Shown: positions 54,501 through 64,000 of the stretch, in pieces | How the letters are laid out: each line of letters begins with the position of its first letter | Position numbering within the stretch: the first letter of the stretch is position 1 | Notes under the pieces: generated by a model | Told to the model about the DNA's origin: nothing | Seen by the model: the letters and a program-made list of their open reading frames with translations, nothing else | The model's database searches: none | Assembly: GCA_026023565.1 (NCBI GenBank) | Contig: JAPETS010000011.1 | Coordinates: 372,001-436,000, forward strand | DNA: 64,000 nt | Source: Cirrosporium novae-zelandiae | Taxonomy: Eukaryota | Direction of reading: 5' to 3' | Made by a program: the position numbers and the translations under genes

Positions 54501-57500
54501 TTATTTTCGAGAGGCTTCTCACAGAGGCATGACGGAGTATAGTTGAGACGTTTACTTGAGCAAATCCTTTATCTCTAAGGGCACGAGATAATGTGATAGC
54601 TGATATGGAGTCTAAGCCAAGACTATAAAAGGATGTTCCAGGTTGAATTTCGTCAAGTGTAGTGTTGGTTACTGAAGAAACTACATCGGCAACTTGTACT
54701 TCCAAATCGGACCAATCATCTGTAGAAGAAGATACTCTAGTAGGACGGCTCATGCCGTCAAGCTCCTGTTTCTCTAGACTACGGAAATAGTCTAATAGTT
54801 TGCGTTTGTCAATCTTGGTTTGGGATGTCATCGGAAGGCGATCCATGGACACCAGGAAGGAAGGGATCATATAGGATGGGAGTTTTGAGTCTAATACTTC
54901 ATACAGGAAGGTAATTGAATCTTCGTATCCATCCGATGAACGAGTAAAATATCCGTTTGGAGCCTGGATTTCTGGTACCCAGAACGTTACCAGTTGCTTT
55001 GGATTCCCTTCTTTCCCAATCACCAATGTGGTAGCATCCTTTACCAATGGCGAGTCTAGCAAGGTGTTGGTAATTTCGCCAAGCTCAATGCGCTGCCCCC
55101 GAATCTTGACTTGATCATCCTGTCTGCCAACAAAAGAAAGGGATCCATCCATTAAAAGTCTCCCGTAATCGCCACTGCGGTACAGTCGACCGAATTCCGG
55201 ATGATCAATAAACTTCTTTGAGGTCAGTTCCGGCATGTTGAGATATCCCCTGCATACTTGGTCTCCACCAAAGCAAAATTCTCCGACACCGCCACGGACA
55301 ACGGGTGAAAACCCGTCAGAATCAGATATCACAAAGGCGGACGTATTCTTGAATGGCGAGCCTATGTTATGTATAGAATCTGTAGGAGCGACCTTCACTT
55401 TGACTGTGCAAATGTTGGTTGTTTCACTTGGTCCATACCCCTGGTAGAGACCTTTGCCCGCCCAATTATTGAAAACCTTGGGAGTAACGGCCTCTCCAGA
55501 CGTTACAAGGAAGTGTACATTTGGCACATGCCCGGGAGTAACTAGAGCAGCAACAGTAGGTGTCAAGCTCAAGTGGGTAACGCCGAGAAGATTGATAATA
55601 TTCTCAATATCTCGGAACAAGATATCATTAGTAGCAGAACATAAAGTCATACCACAGAACCAGGTAAAGAAAATTTCAAATACAGAGACATCAAAGGCTT
55701 GCGAACAGGCTTGGAGCATCTTTGAGCCTTGCTCGATAGGATATATTTCACTCAAGATACTGAGATTGCTGAAAAGATTCCCCTGTGTTACGAGGACTCC
55801 TTTTGGCTTACCAGTACTCCCAGATGTGAACACAGCATAAGCAAGATCATCCCCGCAAGATTTCTGTCCAAGATTCGTAGATTCATATCGATGTATTCCA
55901 ATCTCATCCACGAAAGACATAGAAACACCATCAATTGCGGCAAGTGATTCACGTAGACTTGCTTGACTGAGGCAGATAGGAACATTGGCTTCCCTAAGAA
56001 TTGTCTTTGCCCGATCAATGGGGGTCTGTGGAGTTAATGGTAAGTATCCCGCACCAACTTTAATCACAGCCAGAATTGAGATATAGAAATTAATAGATTT
56101 CTCCATGATGATGCAAACAAGCTGATCTGGTAGGACTCCGTTTTCGAGAAGATAGCGGGCTAATTGGTTTGCTTTCGAATTTAGACATTGGTAAGTCGCT
56201 CGTTCGATATGAGCTACTTGGTCTTCGACTGAGCTCACTATTTCCAGAGCAATTCTATCCGGATCTTTTTCTGCAAGTGTCTCGACATTGAAAGGCAAAT
56301 ACATATTCGACTCCAGGTGTTCAAATTGTGGATTCTGTATCGAGAGGTAGCTTTGACCCAGATCTGAGCCTACAGTCTCAAGCAAATGTTTTTCTGATTT
56401 TACCAATATCAAGACCAGCTGTTTCAATTGTCCCAAAAGGCAGCTGACCTGCTCTGGCGGGAATATTGAACGTTGATAATTGGCTTTGATGTGTACCTTA
56501 TCTGCGGTTGGCTCGATCTCCAATGTTAAACCAAACTCTAGAAAGTCCCTAGATTCGATTTGTTTAATTAATTTTTCTCGAACTCGTTTACTCTGCGACG
56601 TTTGCTGCCACACAATGGCAGTGTCAAATATAGATTGACCGGGGCTAATACCACAAGCTTTCTTGATTTCCTGAAGCGGCAAGTTGCCGTACTCAAGAAG
56701 TTTTCTGTTTGACTTGTGAATATTCTGGAGAAAATCTTTTACCGTTCTTGATTGGCTAAGATCAACTCGGAGTGGAAGCGTCGTTAAACATGGGCCAATG
56801 ATATTTTCTATTCCATTTATCGGAAGCGATCTCCCTGAGAAAACTGTACCAAATATTACCTCGGAAGTCCCTAGGTAGGCCGCGAGCAGAAAGGCTAATG
56901 CGCCTTGAAAATAAACTTGTGGGGTAATGCTCACTTTACGAGCAGCCTGTTCTAGGTCCAACAATGACATTTCGAGGTCGTCATGCCTGACATCAAGACC
57001 TGGAAGGATGTCTGTACAGGGATGGAAATTGGGTAACATATTCAAAGCTGCACCACGAAGATACTCCTGCCAAAACTCTTTTGATTGCTCCCGTTGAGGC
57101 GAGGCTGAGAAAGCACGGTAGAATTGAACCACCGTGCTATACTGCTGCCGTTTTTCTAGTTGCTTAGACTCGAGAAGGGCTTCAAAGTCTCCTATTAACA
57201 GATCCCAGGACCATCCATCATAGAGACTATGGTGTATGTGCACAAGTATCCGCAAGAAATCAGAGCCTTTCCTGACCTGCATATGAAAGGGCCGTTCAAC
57301 AGTAAGCTTAAACTTATAGTCAAAGTTTGAGACGCTAGCCATTTGGTCTGCTGCCAAATGATCCCAAACAACCTGAACATAGCGACTGTCCTGCTGAACG
57401 AACGTGAAGCCGGAACGCAATATTGCATTGTGGTCTGTGAGTGTTTGTAGCGCAGATTGAATTACATCGACATTTATGGCGAAAGGTAGCTCTAATTCGA

Positions 57501-60028
57501 TCCAATTGTAGTAAGCCTCGGGGTGGGCGGCAGTTTCCGCGAGCATAGCGGACTGAATAGGCGTGCAATAGGTGACATCGATTATGTCAGAAGGATCGCA
57601 ATTACTGGTAAGCGTATCGTATACAGCTTGGCGAATATCTGGGGGGACTGAGCCGGAATACGGCGAAATAGCATACACTTCTCCATTGGATACACAGTCA
57701 TTCCTTGCAATCTCCGATATTTTTTTTATCGAGTCTGCATTTAGTATGTCTATGACGGCGATATTAAGACCAACCCCCCGTAGACGAGAAGCAAGGGCTA
57801 TTGCTGTCAATGAATCCATCCCAGCTGAAGCTAGAGAAGTTTTTGAATTAACATGGATCCCAAGATATTCCAAACACTCAGCGATGCGCTGACCAGTCTC
57901 ATCGAGAGCTTCATTTTCAGCAGTAGATTGATGTTGCCTCTCAGTCTTATAATCAGCCTCGAGTTTTTTCCTATCTACTTTCCCGGAGGGCAATCGAGGG
58001 ATCTGCTCAAATAGAATCAGATCACCAGGTATCATGAAGCGGGGCAGCCATTTACGACAAGTTTCCTGGATGTTCTTGGCAGTCGTTGCTGTGCTTGAAA
58101 GATGACAGAAGACCACCAAAATTCCATCTATTACGCTCGCAGCTGCGGCTTGAACACCTGGAGTCTTGCAAACAACTTGTTCTACCTCACCAAGCTCAAT
58201 CCTCTGACCGCGCAATTTAACTTGTCCTGTGGCTATCCTTCCAAGGCATTCCAACGTACCGTCGGGAAGGAGTCGAGCTTTATCGCCTGTCCTGTAGAGA
58301 CGTCCAAATTCAAGTGTTTGAAAAAATGCCTGGGATGTTTGCTCCAGCCTATTAAGATACCCGTCTGCAAGCTGGTTACCTCCAAGGGCTAGCTCACCAA
58401 TCTGACCCACTGGTAGGATTTTCATATCTTGAGATCCCTGAGCAGTTGGTTGAATTATCAGGCAGGAAACCGTATCCAAGGGAATACCTATGATTCCAAC
58501 CTTTGAATTACTTGACAAATTAGGTGCTAGCGTGCAATGAATTGCGGCCTCTGTAGGACCATACATGGCATATAAACAACCACTTCGATCCGCGGAATCC
58601 CCAAACTCACAGACGACCTTTTCAGTCAGCATTTCGCCGATAGTCAATAATACCTTGAGATTAGGGACAGCATCCCTGGATTTTAATAAGCCACTAGCCA
58701 CTGTAGGGGTAAGTTCTGCAGCATCAGCGTCAAGAGCATTGATAGACGCAGCTAGATCTGCCAAAAGCTGGCCTCTATATGTGCTCACTATGGTAGAGCC
58801 ACGAAATAAAGGGAAGAACGTTTCGAACACAAAAACATCGAAAGTTGGAGCGGCAAACTGAAGAAAACGCTTAAAAGAGGGCATATGTTGATTATGAGCA
58901 AGTAAACTTTGAGTAGCCGCGCTGTGAGAGATACCAACCCCTTTCGGGGTTCCGGTGGATCCTGAAGTATACATGATATAAGCTAAATTCGCTTTAGCTA
59001 TGTCAGCAGGCAGGAATTCCTGGGTAGTATCAGCAAAAGCATTGAAATCATCAGCGAAAATCGTCCGGATAGCTAAATCCCGAAATTGATTTTCATATTG
59101 TGTCGTGGTAACAACCATAGATGACGAAACATCGTTAAGGACAAACTTGATCCTTTCTGCGGGTGCATCAAGGTTAAGTGGACAAAATGCTGCACCGCTC
59201 TTTAGAATTGCTAGTAGCGCAATATATAGTTCAGGAGATTGAGGGATCAAAACTGGCACAACCAGTGGTTTATGACTGTCTTTCTGAGCATGACACGGAA
59301 GTTCCCTTCGGATCATGGAAGCAAGTGATGAAGAAAGACGATCTACCTCTCTATACGAAAAAGAGCGCGTGGTACCATCAACCTCAAGGAAGTCAATAGC
59401 ACAGCGATCTGACTTCGAATGCGCTTCGAACAGCTGATGCAACAGAAAGGGTCCATCTAGCAGTTGAGGTTTTTTATTCACCACAGATAACCGAGGTTCA
59501 TTATAGGAGAAACCTTGAATGTCATCATTCTGTGATATTTCTGTCTTGATAATCAGGCTTAATTGAAGTGCAAGTTGCTCAAGGTGATTATTCGTAAAAT
59601 GCAAGGAGCTTGTAAGAAGTCCCGTCGAGCTTGCGGCATCATAGGAGAATATAAGAGATAGGCCCGATGGATTATCACTCTTTAACAGCGTTAACAAAGC
59701 TTTCTAGGATATCACAATGACAACAAAAGCGTACGCTGCGGAAGCAAATCCCTGTCCCACTCTTTCTCAAGCCTGTGCCAGTCTCGAGGTGCACGGTTTC
59801 CCATGTCTTCTTCGATATGTTTACCTTGACAGGCTTGTCGTCGAGGTAGAAAATGGGATCAGTCTCCCCGGTATAGGCCTGCAAAAGGATAGCCCAAGAA
59901 ATGACGAGTATATCAGGAGGAGCGTCGAGGCCTGGCAGCTTAGATGCCTGTCGTTCATGGCGCGTTTCTTGAGGATCAGAGACGTGGGATGATAGATTAG
60001 GAAATGGCGTACACGTAAATTCGTCCAT
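44626..60028 (-). CDS. sidC: Ferrichrome-type siderophore NRPS, about 5,115 aa, A-T-C-A-T-C-T-C-A-T-C-T-C-T-C; exons 60028..59735, 59679..44626
   Basis: Three A domains (YTSGSTGTPKG, FTSGSTGKPKG, YTSGTTGTPKG, each with YGP(T/S)E and YR(T/S)GD); six T domains (GMDSLTA, GLDSISA, GLDSISA, GLDSISV, GLDSIDA, GLDSISA); six C domains (HHSLYDG, HHALYDG, HHALYDA, FHALYDG, SHSLYDG, HHALYDA). A 55-nt intron 59734..59680 (GTACGC...TTAAAG) joins a 98-codon first exon in frame. Adjacent to sidA. Confidence 0.93.
45493..45543 (-). repeat. (AAC)n coding microsatellite, poly-Asn in the terminal C domain of the NRPS
   Basis: Plus-strand (GTT)n tract encodes NNNNSNNNNNNNNNNNN on the minus strand. Confidence 0.95.
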
Positions 60029-60864
60029 AGGTGCCGGCGAGTTGCGAAATACTTCTCCAAGATGACTTGGGCAACTCAAGGGGGGTTGCGAAGGTAAGGT
60101 GATATGGATAGAATATTTCCGTTCTGCATTGTTAAGCAAGTAAACGGATTCTTGGAAAGAAGTTTATGAATAGACGAGGGCAGATAGACCAGTAAATTCT
60201 GGTTCAGGCGTTTTAGGCAGCTCAAACAAGCTCCTCCAATGGCAACTTAACCATGGTCTTCCTCTGACAGAAATTCTATGAAGGGGTTCTTTTTGACGTA
60301 GGGGATCGTGCTAAGGCGGCATTTCACATGGAGAAAGCGGAAGATAAGTGACCACTGACCAGGGGATGACCTAAGACTTGGCTATTAACAAAGCAAAAGT
60401 GCTGTTCTACGCAGGGATCACTTCTTAATGTCACAGTAGACTTGGTCAACTATCATTTTTTTTTTCTTTTTTACTCCACTTTGTACCAACTACATTAATC
60501 TTTACCAATGAAGAAATTTTAATGACGATTAAGACCACAATTCAAACTTATTCACTAATCTCTATTTGTGTGGGTTGCTCCGCGTGAGAAGACAAATTTT
60601 CGCCATTGTTGCCCAGAATTGGCCAGGGGGTCAGGTTTACAAGGTACCAAAAAGAAGTACGAGGCTACCGACTATTAACTACCTAGGCACTTCACTCTAA
60701 GCAATGTCTAAGCAATGGAGTCCCCCCTCTTCAATAATCCAGATCCAATAATAAAGGAATAGCTAAAACGAACTGAAGCAGAAAAGGACTTTCTCGGGAA
60801 GTACGGAGAAAACGCCGAGATATGATTGGATACTAACCCCAACAGGTAATCACTAACAATCTGT

Positions 60865-60916
60865 GCCAAGATGATTTATCTGATGATCAGATAATCTAAT
60901 CAGATAATATCCTGGC
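60865..60916. promoter_or_regulatory. Iron/pH cis-regulatory module: three SreA-type ATCWGATAA boxes flanked by two PacC sites
   Basis: GCCAAG 60865-60870; TTATCTGAT 60876-60884; ATCAGATAA 60886-60894; ATCAGATAA 60899-60907; CCTGGC 60911-60916; within the 1.45-kb divergent NRPS/sidA promoter. Confidence 0.85.
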
Positions 60917-61475
60917 TTTTTTCCCCTTCTGCCCCACCTCAAAAAATCTACTTCCCCCTTCATCGTCTCTATTCAATGCTTTTGTTATTAACGCCAAGTT
61001 CAATCTTCCTGGTCTTTGTCACACTTATTCCTCTAAATGTAAGGTACGCCGTCTTCGGAGTCCTCATATCTATAAGATTTTCGATCATGTCTCCACCGGA
61101 GAGGGCCGGGAGGAAGGAGAGAATGCGTGGCAGCAAAGTGACATAGTGATCCCTGAATATACCATTCAGAGAAAGCGAGATCTTAGCCCCTCCAGGCCAT
61201 CCAACTATTTACTTTGGCGTTTCCCCCATGTGAGAATACTCTGCATCCTCTGCATTCTGCATATCACCTTTCTCAAACAAGTTTCCACTCAGCCTTGAAT
61301 TTGTACTGGACCAACACTCAACTCCAGCTAAGGTTTGCTACATTGATCTGGCACGAATCAAATCATCGCTAATTACTTATCTAAAGCTTTGAATTGGCTC
61401 GTCAGACTTTGAGCTTGCGCATATCAACCCCAGTACCTCCCTAAGCTTTACCTTGTTTATCTTGAACATTTCCCC

Positions 61476-63226
61476 ATGCCTGCCGAAATCGCCCCAAGTG
61501 CGCCTGTTCTGCAGCAGGAAAAGAAGATGAATGGCGCCAATGGAACCAGCAATGGTGTCAATGGCCACTCCAAACCCTCCCCTGCAGTGAACAAATCTCT
61601 CTTGCAACATACCCCTTCAGATGAGGTCCATGATCTCCTTTGCGTGGGATTTGGCCCTGCTTCAATGGGTGTTGCAATTGCCCTTCACGACACCTTATCA
61701 CTCTCCACTCTCCCCTCAAATCTTTCCAAGTTGCGCGAATCCCATCCAAAGGTATGCTTTCTCGAGCGCCAGCCAAGTTTCTCCTGGCATGCGGGGATGC
61801 TGCTCCCTGGCGCACACATGCAGATTTCTTTTATCAAAGACATGGCAACCTTTAGAGATCCTAGAAGTGAATTCACATTCCTTAACTATCTGCATAAGAA
61901 TGGGAGACTTGTCCCATTTGTGAACTTGAGCACATTGCTTCCTCTACGGGAGGAATATGATGATTATCTACGGTGGTGCGCCAACTGGTTCACCGACGTG
62001 GTTGATTATGACCAAGATGTCATCGAGATTGTACCCGAGAAGGGGGCCGATAAGGTCAAAACTTTCGTTGTGAAATCCAGAAATAGTGCTGGAGAGATTA
62101 CCACCCGCAGAGCCAAAAATGTTGCTATTGGTGTTGGAGGCAGGGCAAACATCCCTGCACCATTCCCTCAAAACCACCCTCAGATTCTCCACTCTTCGTG
62201 CTATTCCATGACCGTTCAAAAAGCACTTCCAGACCAAAACAAGAACTACCGCATTGCTATAATTGGCAATGGTCAAAGCGGTGCGGAGATTTTCAATGAT
62301 CTCCATACCCGGTACCCCAATGCGCATACAAAGATGTTCATCAAGGGTCCTCATCTACGACCAAGTGATGATTCACCATTGTGAGTATTTTTCTGATTGC
62401 CTCTACATTTAGACTTTTACATTTCCAACCCCTTGACCCTACCAGTTTGCTCACCACGTCCATCTGGCGTCATTCTTCCCTGTTCCTCATGACCCATCTT
62501 AAAAAAGCCAAAGCTAACAAATACTTTTCTAGCGTAAACGAAATCTTCGATCCCGACCGTGTCGACCCCTTCTTCAATCAAACGGCCGAAGAACGTGCCG
62601 TGGCACTCGCCTCCGACAAACCCACCAACTATGGTGTGGTGCGTCTAAACCTCCTCGAGCACCTCTACAGCACCATGTACCTCCAACGGCTCCGCAACCC
62701 CAACGAAGAAGAATGGCCGCACCGCATCCTCAGCCGCCGAACCGTCACAGGCTGCACCGTAGACGCCTCCGGCAAAATCCACCTGCAGGTCGAGAACAGC
62801 GCCACTAAGGCCGCCGAACCGGAAAAATACGAGTTCGACGCCGTCTTTGTGGCCTGCGGATACATTCGCAACGTGCACGAGGACCTCCTACGCGACGCTC
62901 GCGGTCTGATGCTAGGTGGGGACGTCGCCGACAACAAATGGCAAATCAACCGCAACTATCGCGTCAAGTTCCAGGATGGCGTTGTGAGCGATGATGCCGG
63001 GATTTACCTACAGGGGTGCAATGAGAAGACTCATGGCCTGAGCGATACCCTGTTGAGCGTGCTGGCTAATCGGAGTGGGGAGATGGTTGAGACTCTGTTC
63101 GGAGATAAGGCGGGGGACTTCGGAGCTGCGAACGGTACCGCCGAGGCAGCCGCTGTAGCAAGCAAACTCAAGAGTGAAGCCAACGTTGCTGTCAGCAATG
63201 TGGAAGCCGCTACAACGACTGCATAA
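61476..63226 (+). CDS. sidA: L-ornithine N5-monooxygenase (siderophore biosynthesis); exons 61476..62380, 62533..63226
   Basis: HDLLCVGFGPAS (FAD), WHAGMLLPGAHMQISFIKDMATFRDPRSEFTFLNYLH, IIGNGQSGAEI (NADPH), LRPSDDSPF|VNEIFDP across intron 62381..62532, TNYGVV, YLQGCNEKTHGLSDTLLS. Confidence 0.96.
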
Positions 63227-64000
63227 AGTCACAAAGCGAAAGTAAAAGGAGACTGACATGAAAAAACTTGACTACACACATATACATCATTACCCCCAAA
63301 AGAAGAAGAAGAAGAAGTAGAAGCAAAAAAGAAACCCCCCAACCCCAAAAGTCAAAACCCAAGAAGTCGAGACTCGAATGTCTCCTTCTCTTACATAACT
63401 TCACCGTCACCATGATAATCATACTCCCCCATAAAAAAACACAACCCCCCTTATTCCCCTCCTCCTCCCTCCTTCTTCTTCTTAGTTATTTATTATTTAG
63501 TTAATTAGTCAGAGCTAGCCAGTCAAAGTCCACACCCCCCAAAAAGTTAATAGAAACATCTATGATACCCCCCCCTTTAAATATTTTTTTCTTTGTTCTC
63601 TTGGTTTTTTAGCAACTGTATAAAGTCACCTACACATATATATATGCATCATGACCCCCGACCCAAAAAAAGAAGCAATTAAAAAAAAAATCGAGATTTG
63701 AATAATCCAAGACTTGCTCTCTCTTCTAAATAAATTTCACCGTCACTATACATACCCCTATAAAAAAAAGTTATATCTCCCCCCCCCCTATTTTTTTTCT
63801 TTTCTCTTTCCTCATTTCCGTCCCCCATGTCACAAATAAAACAATCTAACTATCCAAAAAAAAAATTCAAAAATGATCTTCATCTAATTTATTCTACTTA
63901 CATCATTTCCTAAACAATCAAAAAAACAATTCTATTCAAATAATCTCTAATTCCCATATCCCCTATATCCATATCCATATCTTCTCATGATCACCTGGGC

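Noticed and set aside
60481..60770. HapX/CBC bipartite CSAAT-N12-RWT sites in the siderophore promoter
   Set aside because: CCAAT boxes at 60505 and 60745 lack RWT at the required spacing.
1..64000. CRISPR arrays, rRNA, tRNA, intact transposons, telomeric repeats
   Set aside because: No repeat-spacer array, rRNA/tRNA signature, transposase or reverse transcriptase ORF, LTR/TIR pair or (TTAGGG)n tract was recognised by eye.

Overview
Eukaryotic genomic DNA from a filamentous ascomycete, probably Eurotiomycetes-like: short GT-AG introns with CTRAC/CTAAY-type branch sites and AT-rich, microsatellite-rich intergenic regions. Left to right: 3' part of an ING-type PHD-finger gene (+), ERG24 sterol C-14 reductase (+), about 7.9 kb of gene-free DNA, an intronless hypothetical protein (+), DBP8 DEAD-box helicase (+), an Asg1/Mut3-like Zn2Cys6 transcription factor (+), a frameshifted APH-like phosphotransferase (+), the pH regulator pacC (+), a Bor1/SLC4 anion transporter (+), an FHA-forkhead transcription factor (+), a decayed kinase-like gene fragment, and a divergent siderophore pair: a ~5,100-aa ferrichrome-type NRPS (-) and L-ornithine N5-monooxygenase sidA (+). 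The clearest non-coding signals are 13 PacC sites (GCCARG) in the kilobase upstream of pacC, a second distal cluster of 4, and a 52-bp module in the NRPS/sidA promoter with three perfect ATCAGATAA (SreA-type) boxes bracketed by two PacC sites. No tRNA, rRNA, CRISPR or intact transposon was recognised. I found no clearly new biological system; the best leads are regulatory architecture, repeat insertions in proteins and disrupted genes. All identifications are by motif recognition, without database searches.
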